Below are positions 46,056-55,911 of a stretch of 64,000 nucleotides of DNA, in pieces (position 1 is the stretch's first letter; the number at the start of each line of letters is the position of its first letter). Source of the DNA: Candidatus Magasanikiibacteriota bacterium (GTDB lineage: Bacteria > Patescibacteriota > Patescibacteriia > Magasanikbacterales > GWA2-37-8); assembly GCA_016189025.1 (NCBI GenBank), contig JACPGS010000027.1, positions 22,506-86,505 of the forward strand. Direction: 5' to 3'. The position numbers and the translations under genes are program-made. A model generated the notes under the pieces. It was not told the origin of the DNA, ran no database searches, and saw only the letters and a list, made by a program, of their open reading frames with translations.

Positions 46056-46295
46056 TTACATCCCAGCTGGTTTAGTTTCGCAGGCTTTGCAGTCGCCTTT
46101 ATGAGTTGCCAACAGATAAACGCTGGCTAACCCTACCAGAATATAGATTACCCGGGCTACTACGCTGCTGGTGCCGCCGAACAGCGCCCCCACTTCCCAC
46201 TGGAATACTCCCTGGAGCAGCCAATTAAGCCCGCCGATGATAACGAGCAGGAAAGCGACTATATGTAATCCCTTATTTTTCCCCATATCGGTCAC
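46056..46295 (-). CDS. DUF378-type small membrane protein
   Basis: LVIIGGLNWLLQG motif with two TM helices, preceded by a strong GGAGGTGA Shine-Dalgarno sequence. Confidence 0.55.
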   Translation of the reverse strand: MTDMGKNKGLHIVAFLLVIIGGLNWLLQGVFQWEVGALFGGTSSVVARVIYILVGLASVYLLATHKGDCKACETKPAGM

Positions 46296-46307
46296 CTCCT
46301 TTCACTT

Positions 46308-46323
46308 AGTGAAAGCCTCAATA
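46308..46323. promoter_or_regulatory. Palindrome TTTCACT-t-AGTGAAA in the leader of the DUF378 gene (candidate operator)
   Basis: Perfect 7-bp arms located between the putative promoter and the RBS. Confidence 0.25.
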
Positions 46324-46446
46324 TGGTACCACGGTTTAAGGGGATGGTATAGAATTTGTCAAGAGCGTGATTTTTGGTACTTTTAGACTGTTGAACAATT
46401 ATCTACGTCAGCTCTCCGGCAACAAATAATCGCTATGTTATAGTCC

Positions 46447-46502
46447 GAGATCCCTCGGCTTCGCCTCGGGATGAGAGCGTTGAATAGTTATTCAACGCTC
46501 TC
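46447..46502. repeat. REP-like palindrome GAGATCCCTCGGCTTCGCCTCGGGATGAGA followed by a 14-bp-stem hairpin GAGAGCGTTGAATA-gtt-ATTCAACGCTCTC overlapping the ribE stop
   Basis: Read from the sequence. The T run lies on the + strand side only. Confidence 0.5.
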
Positions 46503-47106
46503 ACTTTTTAAACCGCGGGCTTTCCCGGCAGCAGGCGGAAACTATTTTCGCCAGCTGATCAAATTCAAGATTAACCCGGTCCCCTACCGGCAATAATCCC
46601 AGGGCAGTATGTTTTTTGGTAAAAGGAGTAATCGCGACGGTAAAGCCTTTTTTGGATAGAGAAAAAATCGTCAAACTGACTCCGTTCAGCGCGATTGCTC
46701 CGCGCGTGATCAGCCACCCGGGGGCGGTGGCGTTAGCAGGCAGGGTAATTTGTATTTTGGTTTCTCCCCGACGGCGGGTCAGGTTGCTTACCGTGCCGAT
46801 GGCATCAATATGCCCATAGACAAAATGACCTTCCCAGCGCCCGGAGACGGGGAGCGATCGTTCCAGATTAACCCGGTCGCCGATACGCAGACGGGAAAGA
46901 GCAGTAACTTTAAGAGTGCCGGGCATATAGTGAAACCCTAATCGGCGTCCGGCTAGGATTGCGGTTGAGCAGACTCCGTTGACAGCAATGCTTGCCCCGG
47001 CGGAAATTCGCCAATTCCGCGGCTTAGCAACCTCCAGCTGCAGGGCTCGGCCGGTTCGTTTCACTCGGTTAACTCGGCTTACCGCCTCAATAATTCCGGT
47101 AAACAT
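46501..47106 (-). CDS. ribE: Riboflavin synthase
   Basis: MFTGIIE canonical N-terminus with two lumazine-binding repeats. The ATG at 47106 avoids overlap with the upstream flavodoxin gene. Confidence 0.85.
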   Translation of the reverse strand: MFTGIIEAVSRVNRVKRTGRALQLEVAKPRNWRISAGASIAVNGVCSTAILAGRRLGFHYMPGTLKVTALSRLRIGDRVNLERSLPVSGRWEGHFVYGHIDAIGTVSNLTRRRGETKIQITLPANATAPGWLITRGAIALNGVSLTIFSLSKKGFTVAITPFTKKHTALGLLPVGDRVNLEFDQLAKIVSACCRESPRFKK

Positions 47107-47114
47107 ATTATTAG

Positions 47115-47576
47115 TTATTTTTGAGTCAGTCGTTGCGCCACTTCCCTCCCCCATTCGGTAATCTGATTGATGCCTTCGGGAAGATGGAAGAGGAAACCAT
47201 CAAGGCGCAAGGAGGGGATGAGTGGCTGGATACCGTATTTAGCCAGCCACTCCTCTAGCACATCCACGGCGCCGCAAAAGTAGGTGTACGAGCGGTCGCC
47301 GCAGCCAAAAATTACCCACTTTTTGTTGGTAACGGTCGTCGGAGCCAGCTGAGTCAGCCGGGCGATAATTGATTCGGGTGGTTGGCCTTCTTTTTTATCG
47401 TGATCCCAGCTGGGAGAGCCGATGATGATGGCTTCGGCCGGTTCCACTACCGCCGGCGTTGCCATTTTCGCTTCAACTAAAGTCACCGAATGGCGGGGCG
47501 CGAGGAGCGACTGCAAAACCCGGGCGGCAGTAAAGGTGCTGCCAGAATTGGTGGCGTAAATAATCAGCACGCGCAT
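47115..47576 (-). CDS. Flavodoxin
   Basis: MRVLIIYATNSGST FMN-binding N-terminus, about 153 aa. Confidence 0.7.
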   Translation of the reverse strand: MRVLIIYATNSGSTFTAARVLQSLLAPRHSVTLVEAKMATPAVVEPAEAIIIGSPSWDHDKKEGQPPESIIARLTQLAPTTVTNKKWVIFGCGDRSYTYFCGAVDVLEEWLAKYGIQPLIPSLRLDGFLFHLPEGINQITEWGREVAQRLTQK

Positions 47577-47580
47577 ATTG

Positions 47581-48420
47581 CTAGCGATAGCGCCGCAGCA
47601 GCGGGGTAAGATTACGGTGGGGCGGATTTTTAGTGAGGCGGGGGAGCGGATCTTCGTAAGCCGGTTTTTTGGCAGCAAACAGTAGGCCGAGAGGAATTTT
47701 TTGTTCGCCCCATTCTTGCAATTTGTGCCAAGCCGCTGCCGCATCGGTGGGGTCGTAGTTCGGTCCTACCAGGTAGGTATTCTTTTGGAAAAATTCATGC
47801 GTATAAACATGATTAAAAGCAACACACGGTTGTAAAACTTGGATGACCGCAAATCCGGGATGTTGATTAGCTTGAATAATAAGCTCGGTTAAAGCCGGCA
47901 GATCGCCGGCATAAGCGCGCGCCAGCCAGGTAGCGCCGGCTGCCCAAGCCAAAGGCAAAGGATGAAGGGGGTCGGCGGGATTACCCTCCGGAGTTGATTT
48001 TGATTTAAAGCCGCGGGGAGAGCGGGGCGAAGTTTGCCCGGTAGTAAGCGCATAGACGGCATTGTCGTGCAAAATTACTGTTAAATTATGGTTGCGCCGC
48101 GCCGCGTGAATAAAATGGTTGCCTCCTTCTCCCAGACAGTCGCCGTCGCCGGTAAACACGAAGACATTGAGTTTAGGATTAGCCATTTTTATTCCGGCGG
48201 CAACCGGAATCGGCCGGCCGTGGAGGCCCTCAAAAGCAGTTAATCCCAGAAAATTCAACAAGTGACCGTGGCAGCCGATGCCGGCCACCATTACGGTATT
48301 AAAATTATTCCAGCCTTGGCGAACGGCGGCTTCTTTAAATGCCAGCCAAATGCCAAAATTCCCGCAGCCGGGGCACCAAGTACAGGGGTTATCGGTAGCG
48401 AAAGCGGTAAGGGAATCCAT
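47581..48420 (-). CDS. korB: 2-oxoacid:ferredoxin oxidoreductase beta subunit (TPP-binding)
   Basis: CPGCG cysteine motif and a GDG...N thiamine-PP binding fold. Confidence 0.85.
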   Translation of the reverse strand: MDSLTAFATDNPCTWCPGCGNFGIWLAFKEAAVRQGWNNFNTVMVAGIGCHGHLLNFLGLTAFEGLHGRPIPVAAGIKMANPKLNVFVFTGDGDCLGEGGNHFIHAARRNHNLTVILHDNAVYALTTGQTSPRSPRGFKSKSTPEGNPADPLHPLPLAWAAGATWLARAYAGDLPALTELIIQANQHPGFAVIQVLQPCVAFNHVYTHEFFQKNTYLVGPNYDPTDAAAAWHKLQEWGEQKIPLGLLFAAKKPAYEDPLPRLTKNPPHRNLTPLLRRYR

Positions 48421-48430
48421 AGCGGGTATT

Positions 48431-50128
48431 TTAGGCAGTTAAGAATTCAATAATTTCTTCCGGGTAAAACGGCCGGCCGTCGTATTTTAATAAATTCTCT
48501 TTAAGGGAGATACCGGTAGTTTCGGCAATTAGCCCCTGGAGTTGGCCAGAATAATTATTCTCAATATTGATTACCCGTTGCGAGGATTTAAGCATTGGTC
48601 GCAGGGCTGCCGCGGGGAACGGATTAAGCCAGGTGAGGTGAATAAAGTTCACGTCGGGCAGGCTGGGCAAAGCATCTAGAATTGGTCCTTTAGTGCTTCC
48701 CCAGGAGATAATAGTGGTAGACGCTTCGGGCGGTCCATAACGCCGGGGAGAAGGCAAATGATTATTAGCGCAAGTTACTAATTTTTTCATTCGTTTTTCC
48801 ATCTGCTGTTGGCGATTTTCGGCGCTTTCTTCCGAATAACCGGCTTCATTGTGTTCATCGGAATTAGCCAATATGTGATTACCTGATCCGGGCAAGGCGC
48901 GGGGCGAAATTCCCTCGGCGCTTAAGGCATAGCGCCGATAATTTTTTAATTGGCGGGTGATTAATTTTCCCCGTTCAATTTTGAATTTTTCTGCAGGCAA
49001 ATCCGGCGCGCTCCAATGACTTTCGCATAGATATTTATCAAGCAGAATCACCACCGGCGTCTGATAAATTTCGGCTAAATTAAACGCCTGACGAGTCAGA
49101 TTAAAAGTTTCCTGGGGGTCGCCCGGAGCGAGCACCAGGCGGGGAAATTCATCCTGATGGGCGTGAAGCAGAAAGCGCAAATCCGCCTGCCCGGTCCAGG
49201 TAGGTAATCCAGTAGCCGGTCCGGGACGCATTCCTTCAATAATAACGAGCGGCGTTTCCGTCATCCCGGCAAGGCCGTACCCTTCTACCATTAAAGAAAA
49301 TCCGCCCCCGGCGGTGGCGACCATCGCCCGCGCGCCGGCAAAAGAGGCGCCGATGGCCAGATTGATTGCCGCTATTTCATCCTCCGGCTGCTGGCAGATA
49401 AAATTAAATTCTGGTTGCAGCGGCGCCAGAAAGTGCAAAATGTTCGAAGTGGGGGTCATGGGATAAATTGCGGCAAACTGCATTCCGGCGGAGAGCGCTC
49501 CTAGCCCCGCGGCCTCATTACCGGTTATTACCCAGGAGCGCGGGGCACGGCGCGGCGCCAGAATGGGGGTAATATTATTGGGATAGTTAGCGCGAAGATA
49601 ATCATAACCGGCTAGGGCGGCCGTTTGATTTTTTTGCTTAATTTCCGGTGATTTGGCGGCAAATTCTTCATTGATTAAATCAACTAGTAGCGTTAGTTTA
49701 CCGCCGAGCAGAGCCACCGAGGCGCCGAGCGCTACCGTATTGCGCATTAAAATTGTGCCGCCTGCTGCTTTGGCCAAATGCTGCAGCGGCACGGCAATCA
49801 GATGTACTCCGTTAGGGACGTCGGCAACATTAGTGACCAGTTCTTTATCATAAAGTAAGGTGGCACCGGGGGTAAGTTCGTGATAGTGCCGAGCGACCGT
49901 TTCTTGATTAAGAGCCACCAGCAGATTGGTAGAGCGGCGTGGCGAGTTTACCGATTTGTCCGCTACCGTAGTCTGCATCACGTTGTGCCCGCCGCGGATG
50001 AGGGAAGGATATTCAGCGTAATCAAAAACTTGGTAGCCCGAGCGAGCCGCCAGTTTGCTGAAGGTTAGGCCGGTAGACATAATCCCAAAACCAGCCGCCC
50101 CGCCGATTTTAAAAGTAAAAGGAGACAT
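48431..50128 (-). CDS. korA: 2-oxoacid:ferredoxin oxidoreductase alpha subunit (with fused gamma-like N-domain)
   Basis: 565 aa with an N-terminal gamma-type domain followed by alpha domains; adjacent to the beta subunit. Confidence 0.8.
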   Translation of the reverse strand: MSPFTFKIGGAAGFGIMSTGLTFSKLAARSGYQVFDYAEYPSLIRGGHNVMQTTVADKSVNSPRRSTNLLVALNQETVARHYHELTPGATLLYDKELVTNVADVPNGVHLIAVPLQHLAKAAGGTILMRNTVALGASVALLGGKLTLLVDLINEEFAAKSPEIKQKNQTAALAGYDYLRANYPNNITPILAPRRAPRSWVITGNEAAGLGALSAGMQFAAIYPMTPTSNILHFLAPLQPEFNFICQQPEDEIAAINLAIGASFAGARAMVATAGGGFSLMVEGYGLAGMTETPLVIIEGMRPGPATGLPTWTGQADLRFLLHAHQDEFPRLVLAPGDPQETFNLTRQAFNLAEIYQTPVVILLDKYLCESHWSAPDLPAEKFKIERGKLITRQLKNYRRYALSAEGISPRALPGSGNHILANSDEHNEAGYSEESAENRQQQMEKRMKKLVTCANNHLPSPRRYGPPEASTTIISWGSTKGPILDALPSLPDVNFIHLTWLNPFPAAALRPMLKSSQRVINIENNYSGQLQGLIAETTGISLKENLLKYDGRPFYPEEIIEFLTA

Positions 50129-50155
50129 GGGAAATAAATTTTTGGCTAAAATATA

Positions 50156-52327
50156 TCAAGTTTGATTCAAGATTACTCGGATATCCACGGCCCAGGCCCG
50201 GGTGGGCGTAACGATCACCGGATTGATCTCTATTTCTTTGATCGCCGGAATTCTTAAGGCTAATTCTCCCAGACGGGTCATTAGCAACGCCAGTTCAGTG
50301 GTTGCCGAAGCGGGCGCGCCTCGGTAGCCTGTTAGCAGTCGGCCGACGGTTGATTGCTTAATCATTTCGGCGGCTTTATCAATAGTCAGAGGAAGCAGAT
50401 GTACAATTGACTGGCCAATTAATTCTGCCCAGGTGCCGCCGGCGCCGAATAATAATACCGGGCCAAAATTGCGGTCGCGCTTTACCCCCACTATTACCTC
50501 GATTCCTCCCTGGATTTGTCGTTGGATAAATAATTCAGGAGTTTCCCGCGTCTGCTTGAGGGAGCGCCGCTTTTTCTCCAGTTGGCGCCAAGCAGCAGTG
50601 AGCGCCCTCTGATTGGCGATGTTAGTGATGACTGCCCGTTGTTCTGTTTTATGAAGCAAGGCGCTAGACGATAATTTAAGCACCACGGGATAGCCGATTT
50701 TGGCTGCCCATTGCCCGGCCGCTTCCCCTGACCATACGGCCGCGCTCGGCGGAGTTGCCAAGCCGGTGGCGGCCAGCAAAGTATTAGCGGCAAGAGGAGA
50801 GAGCGCCAAAAGGCGGCGCCGCTGATGTTGCCGGATGATTTTTTGCGCGCGGGAGAGCAGGGGCAGAGATTTAAGATGAGGGCGGCGCTCTTTGGCTGTT
50901 GTTTGACGCCACTTTTGCCACCACCAAAGAGCCCCCAACGCCTGGAGCGCGCGTTCGGGGAAACGGAAAGAGGGAATTTTATAGCGGTTTAATACTTGTT
51001 CGCCGGCGACAATTTCCTGCCCCCCCATTAGGGCGCCGACAATCGGTTTTTGCCACTTTTTAGACAGCGCGCTGATTACTTCGGCAGTTTGTTCAATTTG
51101 CGTCATCAGCTGGGGAGTAATGATGACCAAAAGCGCATCCACCTGCGGCTCGGCCGCTACAGTTTGGAGGGCAATCTGATAGCGCTTAGCCAAAGCATCC
51201 CCCAGCAGATCAATCGGATCATTAACATTGGCAAAAGCCGGCAACCAGCGGCGCAGCGTTTTTTTGGCAGCGCCCGAAAGCGGGGCGAGAGTTAAACCGG
51301 CCTCCGTTAAATTATCAGTTGCCACCACCGCGGGGCCGCCGGCATTGGAGATAATCGCTACCCGCGGTCCCTGGGGAGCGCGCTCCCAAGAAGCGAAACG
51401 AGACAAATCAAATAAATCTTCCAGAGTGCGACAATGAATAACTCCGGCGCTCTTTAACGCCGCGGTCAAAACCGCTTCATCTCCGGCGAGCGCCCCGGTA
51501 TGCGATTGCATAGCAGTTTGGGCCGCGGCCGTTCTACCTGGTTTAATCAGGAAGACCGGATGATGACGGCTGAAAATTTTCACTGCCTGCAGAAATTCCT
51601 GTCCCCGCTCTAGCGATTCTAAATATAGCCCGATGGGCTGATAGGGAGCCAGTCCTTCGCTGGTTAAGTCCTCCATCGTCCGGTGGGGAGCGCCGGCGGT
51701 TTGCCAGTAGGTTAAAATATCCACCTCATCGATTACGGTTTTGTTGCCCAAAGTAATAAATTCGCTGAATCCCAGACTATTCGCCGCGGCATAATCAAAC
51801 AAGGCGGTGGCAATCGCGCCGGATTGACTGATAAAGCGTAAATTGCCGGCCTGCATCAGCACGCGCCCAAAGGTAGCATTGAGATTGACCGAAGCATTAA
51901 GAAAACCCAGGCAATTGGGCCCGAGGATATTGAGCTTGGCGCGCTCGGCTAGTTGTTTAAGCTTGATTTCTTGCTGTTCTCCCGCCGTTCCGGTTTCCCG
52001 CCAGCCGGCGCTGAAAATCACGATATTTTTGGTGCCGCGCGCCGCCAGCGCCGGTAATATTTTCAGCGTGGCCGGGGACGGCAGAGCGATAATGGCCAAA
52101 TCCGGCGCTTCCGGCAGATCACGGTATTTAGCATAGCAGGGCAGTTGATCGATGCTCTTGGCTTCCGGATTAACTAAATATACCGTACCGCGAAAGCCGG
52201 CCCCCAAGATATTATGGAGCACCACGTGCCCCACTTTTTTGTCGTCGCGCGAGGCGCCGACAATGGCCAGGGTGCGCGGCCGCAAAAGACGATCAAGCGA
52301 GCGCGGGTTTCCTTTCCTCATAATCAA
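50156..52327 (-). CDS. Acetyl-CoA synthetase (ADP-forming), fused alpha-beta form
   Basis: N-terminal CoA-binding LAIVGASRDDKKVG, succinyl-CoA-synthetase-like domains and a C-terminal ATP-grasp. Confidence 0.8.
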   Translation of the reverse strand: MIMRKGNPRSLDRLLRPRTLAIVGASRDDKKVGHVVLHNILGAGFRGTVYLVNPEAKSIDQLPCYAKYRDLPEAPDLAIIALPSPATLKILPALAARGTKNIVIFSAGWRETGTAGEQQEIKLKQLAERAKLNILGPNCLGFLNASVNLNATFGRVLMQAGNLRFISQSGAIATALFDYAAANSLGFSEFITLGNKTVIDEVDILTYWQTAGAPHRTMEDLTSEGLAPYQPIGLYLESLERGQEFLQAVKIFSRHHPVFLIKPGRTAAAQTAMQSHTGALAGDEAVLTAALKSAGVIHCRTLEDLFDLSRFASWERAPQGPRVAIISNAGGPAVVATDNLTEAGLTLAPLSGAAKKTLRRWLPAFANVNDPIDLLGDALAKRYQIALQTVAAEPQVDALLVIITPQLMTQIEQTAEVISALSKKWQKPIVGALMGGQEIVAGEQVLNRYKIPSFRFPERALQALGALWWWQKWRQTTAKERRPHLKSLPLLSRAQKIIRQHQRRRLLALSPLAANTLLAATGLATPPSAAVWSGEAAGQWAAKIGYPVVLKLSSSALLHKTEQRAVITNIANQRALTAAWRQLEKKRRSLKQTRETPELFIQRQIQGGIEVIVGVKRDRNFGPVLLFGAGGTWAELIGQSIVHLLPLTIDKAAEMIKQSTVGRLLTGYRGAPASATTELALLMTRLGELALRIPAIKEIEINPVIVTPTRAWAVDIRVILNQT

Positions 52328-53125
52328 TTAACTAAGCTCACCCTTTAAACAGATATTAAAGGCATCAATCTGTTGGTTATAAATTTCTACCCATTCCTGC
52401 AGGGTCTGATTTCGGAGTTTGATTTTGGCAATCAGGCCGTTATAATCAGCGACGCGGCCGTTATAATAATTGGCTTCGGCCAGGGTGCTGGTGGGCAAGG
52501 TATCCAGTTCTTTTTGCCAACTTAGCGCCGTAGCCTGCCATTCGGTCAGCGTGCGGTCGTGCTCGCTGATGGTATTTTTTAAAATAGCATCCGGCGTCGG
52601 GCAACTAGCGCGCGGCCGGCCGAAAATTTGCACTGCCAGCCAAACCGATCGGCCCCGGAAGTTCCCTCGTTTTACTGCCAATCCGATATCAGCAAATTTT
52701 TTCTCCAGCAGATTTTTACGATGCCCCGGGCTCTTTAGCCAGGCTGCCACTACGGCGGCGTCGCTCACAAAATTGCCTAAGGCTAGATTTTCCGCTACTC
52801 CCAAGTAATCATAGCCAAACTGATTGATTAAATCCGTGGCGGTGGTATTGTCTGGCGAGCGATGGGCAAAGTATTGCTGCTTAAACATGTCGGTTAACCG
52901 AGCCGCGGCGACGCGGTTAAGAATGACATTGGTTTTAAGGGCGGCCAGCCCCGTTTTTTTTCGTTGTTGGTTAGTGGCGGCAATGATCCTGGTGGCAGAT
53001 AATTGAGAAACGCTGGATCGTTTAGACAGTACCGCGGCGTTGACTGGCTGATAAACTATCAATAAGGCTGCCAAAATTAGCGCTAACCACCGGTAGATCA
53101 AGCACCGCGGTTTCCTCATAGGCAA
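52328..53125 (-). CDS. Secreted CAP/SCP/PR1-like domain protein
   Basis: Signal peptide plus HRSPDN...GVAENLA...SPGHRKNLL CAP motifs. Confidence 0.65.
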   Translation of the reverse strand: MPMRKPRCLIYRWLALILAALLIVYQPVNAAVLSKRSSVSQLSATRIIAATNQQRKKTGLAALKTNVILNRVAAARLTDMFKQQYFAHRSPDNTTATDLINQFGYDYLGVAENLALGNFVSDAAVVAAWLKSPGHRKNLLEKKFADIGLAVKRGNFRGRSVWLAVQIFGRPRASCPTPDAILKNTISEHDRTLTEWQATALSWQKELDTLPTSTLAEANYYNGRVADYNGLIAKIKLRNQTLQEWVEIYNQQIDAFNICLKGELS

Positions 53126-53126
53126 T

Positions 53127-53160
53127 TATCATATCATGTCCGGTGGTTATTCACAAAAAT
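53127..53160 (-). promoter_or_regulatory. Candidate sigma70-type promoter (TTGTGA-17-TATGAT) for the CAP-acd-kor operon
   Basis: Minus-strand read ATTTTTGTGAATAACCACCGGACATGATATGATAATTGCCTATG. Confidence 0.35.
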
Positions 53161-53187
53161 ACCCCGCTTGCCTAAGGCGAGCGGGGT
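53150..53187 (-). terminator. Hairpin ACCCCGCTTGCC-taa-GGCGAGCGGGGT with a T run on the minus strand
   Basis: 12-bp stem with one G-U pair, positioned after the small secreted-protein gene and the family-2 element. Confidence 0.45.
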
Positions 53188-53198
53188 ATTATCCCTAA

Positions 53199-53321
53199 TA
53201 GGACTTACGCGTTTGGATGCAGTTCCAGGCGGCAGCGAGCACTGGAGCGAGCCGTAGCCAAGACTACGGCGAGCGAAGGGCGCAGCGACAACGCTGAAAT
53301 GCGCCAAACGCGTAAGTCCTA
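53199..53321. mobile_element. Palindromic element family 2, copy 2
   Basis: TAGGACTTACGCGTTTGG...CCAAACGCGTAAGTCCTA. Confidence 0.65.
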
Positions 53322-53333
53322 CCTAAAAAGGAT

Positions 53334-53771
53334 TCAGGGTAAGGCAGACCGGATTTGGATATTAGCAGCAGTAAGGCTGCCGTCGGGATTGCCGGAGCCG
53401 TTGATGATAACGGGCGTGCCCGCCGTTAAATCGCTGGTGGCGCCGGCCGTGATCTTGCCGATAGTGGTAGAAGCGGAAAAGAAGATTATTTTCGATCCGC
53501 CGTCGCGCAATTTGACGGTAAGCGATTGTCCGTCTACCGCAAGTATTTCTCCGGCAGCTAAACTATCGCCGCGATTGCCGCCGGTCCGCTCCGCTCCCAA
53601 CCGCCCGCTCCGCTGACCGCGGGCTCCGAATTGGGCACCCGGAAAATTTTCTCCGGCCCCTCCCCTCATTCGGGCCGGGATTTTACTTTGCGCATATTTC
53701 ATTCCGCCGTAAAACGAGGCGCTGCCGACCACCAGCGCGCCCGCTAGTCCGCCGAGAAGGAGTTTTTTCAT
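53334..53771 (-). CDS. Small secreted hypothetical protein (145 aa, Gly/Arg-rich N-half, beta-rich C-half)
   Basis: Signal peptide MKKLLLGGLAGALVVGSASF and a clean ORF. Confidence 0.4.
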   Translation of the reverse strand: MKKLLLGGLAGALVVGSASFYGGMKYAQSKIPARMRGGAGENFPGAQFGARGQRSGRLGAERTGGNRGDSLAAGEILAVDGQSLTVKLRDGGSKIIFFSASTTIGKITAGATSDLTAGTPVIINGSGNPDGSLTAANIQIRSALP

Positions 53772-53800
53772 AATGATTTTCGTTAAAAATAATTAATTTG

Positions 53801-53988
53801 AGATTGTAGAAGAAGGCAAACTGTATCGCATTTTTAACCTGGTCGCTATCGCTATTGCTAAACTAACCTGGTTGGTCGCAGCAGACACTCTTTGGGTGCT
53901 CCTCCCGACTAAGGTCGGGACTGCGCGCCCAAAGATACTCGTCTGCCGCGCCCTGATGCTGGCTGGTTTTTATGTTCCTCTATAGTCT
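53801..53988 (+). mobile_element. MITE-like family 1, copy E
   Basis: Degenerate TIRs AGATTGTAGAAGAAG / TTCCTCTATAGTCT and a full core with apical hairpin CCCGACTAAGGTCGGG. Confidence 0.7.
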
Positions 53989-53992
53989 TAAT

Positions 53993-55210
53993 TTATTCGT
54001 ACCGCAGAGCTTCTATCGGATTAAGACGGCTGGCCCGGCGCGCTGGATAAAATCCGAAGATAATGCCGATGCCGGCCGAAACGCCGCTCCCCAGCGCGAT
54101 GGAGGCGAGGGAGACGGAGGTGGCGATGTTGGCAAAGCGGGCCACGCCCGCGGCAATCCCCCACCCCAGGCTGATGCCGATTACTCCGCCTAAAAAAGTA
54201 AGGGCCACCGCTTCCAGCAAAAATTGCCGCTCAATATCGCGGGCGCGGGCGCCGATAGCGCGGCGCAGGCCGATTTCGCGGGTGCGTTCGGTAACCGTAG
54301 TCAGCATCATATTCATAATGCCGATGCCGCCGACCAACAGAGATATGCCGGCCAGGGAAGCCAGAAACATGGTAAAGGTATCGGTTACCTGGGTCAAGGT
54401 GCCAATAATATCCGCCTGGGAAACAATGGAAAAATCCGGCGCTGCCGGATCAACGCGATGTTTGGCAATTAACGCCGCGGTGGCCGCTTCTTGTACCGAC
54501 GCCATTAATTCTTTTTGCTCCACGCTCACGGCCAGGCTGGAAAGATATTCGGAGCCGGCAACAATTTTTTGCATGGTGGAAAGCGGCACAAATACCGTAT
54601 CATCAGGATTGAAAAAACCGGAACCGCCCTTAGAGCGCAGCACGCCGATTACCTTAAAATTTATCCGGTTGAGGCGGATAATCTGGCCTACCGGATCGCG
54701 CTCCGCAAACAGATCAGCGGCGACCGTGGGCCCGAGCACCGCCACCCGCCCCAGGCTGCGCAATTGGCTTTCGGTAAAAAAAGAGCCGGCGGCGAGCGTG
54801 GCATTGCGGACCGCCAGATATTCTGGGGTGGCGCCGATTACCGTGGAATTGGTATTATTGCCGGTAGGCGCCACAATCTGCAGGCGCCGATTCAATTCCG
54901 GCGAAACATGAGCGACGCCGGGAAGGGCGCGCAATACCTCGCTGTCTTCATTTTTTAGCGATTGCGCCGAGCCGCGGCCCGCGGAAACAAAGCCGCGGCC
55001 GGGCTGCAAAAATCCCGGCATCACGGTAAGGAGATTGGATCCCAGCCCTTCAATGCTGGATTGGATGGTGCCTTGCGCTCCCTGGCCGAGGGAAACCATG
55101 GCAATGACCGAAGCAATGCCGATGACAATGCCGAGCATGGTCAGGCCGGAGCGCGCTTTATTGGCCGAGAGCGCCAGTTGAGTTTCTTGGAGCAGGTCGG
55201 TAATTCTCAT
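53993..55210 (-). CDS. ABC transporter permease (MacB/FtsX-like)
   Basis: N-terminal TM, large periplasmic domain and a C-terminal FtsX 3-TM bundle. Confidence 0.8.
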   Translation of the reverse strand: MRITDLLQETQLALSANKARSGLTMLGIVIGIASVIAMVSLGQGAQGTIQSSIEGLGSNLLTVMPGFLQPGRGFVSAGRGSAQSLKNEDSEVLRALPGVAHVSPELNRRLQIVAPTGNNTNSTVIGATPEYLAVRNATLAAGSFFTESQLRSLGRVAVLGPTVAADLFAERDPVGQIIRLNRINFKVIGVLRSKGGSGFFNPDDTVFVPLSTMQKIVAGSEYLSSLAVSVEQKELMASVQEAATAALIAKHRVDPAAPDFSIVSQADIIGTLTQVTDTFTMFLASLAGISLLVGGIGIMNMMLTTVTERTREIGLRRAIGARARDIERQFLLEAVALTFLGGVIGISLGWGIAAGVARFANIATSVSLASIALGSGVSAGIGIIFGFYPARRASRLNPIEALRYE

Positions 55211-55905
55211 AAAATACGCCGCTGATTGTTAGGGCGATCGTCAATAATTTCTCCGTCGCGGAGGCGGATAATCCGCTCCGCGTGTTCGCCGACGTACGGT
55301 TCGTGGGTAATCAGAATAATCGTGCGTTGTTGTTCAGTATGGAGTTTTTGAAAAGTAGCGAGTACGGCGGCCCCGGTTTTAGTATCTAAATTGCCGGTCG
55401 GTTCGTCGGCTAAAATTAAGGCCGGATTATTTACTAGCGCCCGGGCAATTGCTACCCGCTGCATCATGCCGCCCGAGAGCTGATGCGGACGGTAAGACCA
55501 AAATTTTTCCGGCAGCGCCGCGGCGGTTAGGGCCTCGGCGGCGCGTTGTTCGCGTTCCTGCCGTTTAATTCCGGCGTAAATCAGGGGCAGGGTGACATTG
55601 CGCAATACGCTGGCGCGGGGCAACAGATTAAAAGACTGGAAAACAAAGCCGATCTGCCGCATCCGGATACCGGAGAGTTCGTTATCATCCAGGGCCGAGA
55701 TATCAGCGCCATTCAGCAGATATTGGCCGGCAGAGGGAGTATCCAGGCAGCCTAGCAGATTCATCAGGGTGGATTTGCCGGAGCCGGAGGGCCCCATAAT
55801 GGCGACAAATTCTCCGTCGCGGATGGTAAAAGTAATATTTTTAACAGCATACGTTTCTTCTTCGCCGCTCCGATAAATTTTCGCCACGTTGCGACATTCA
55901 ATCAT
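55207..55905 (-). CDS. ABC transporter ATP-binding protein (MacB/LolD-like)
   Basis: GPSGSGKST Walker [16 protein letters not shown] signature and [11 protein letters not shown] Walker B. Confidence 0.9.
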   Translation of the reverse strand: MIECRNVAKIYRSGEEETYAVKNITFTIRDGEFVAIMGPSGSGKSTLMNLLGCLDTPSAGQYLLNGADISALDDNELSGIRMRQIGFVFQSFNLLPRASVLRNVTLPLIYAGIKRQEREQRAAEALTAAALPEKFWSYRPHQLSGGMMQRVAIARALVNNPALILADEPTGNLDTKTGAAVLATFQKLHTEQQRTIILITHEPYVGEHAERIIRLRDGEIIDDRPNNQRRIL

Positions 55906-55911
55906 ACTTTG

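Noticed and set aside
47107-47154. Upstream extension of ribE (MGEGSGATTDSKITNN)
   Set aside because: It would overlap the flavodoxin gene by 40 nt. Riboflavin synthases start at MFTGIIE.
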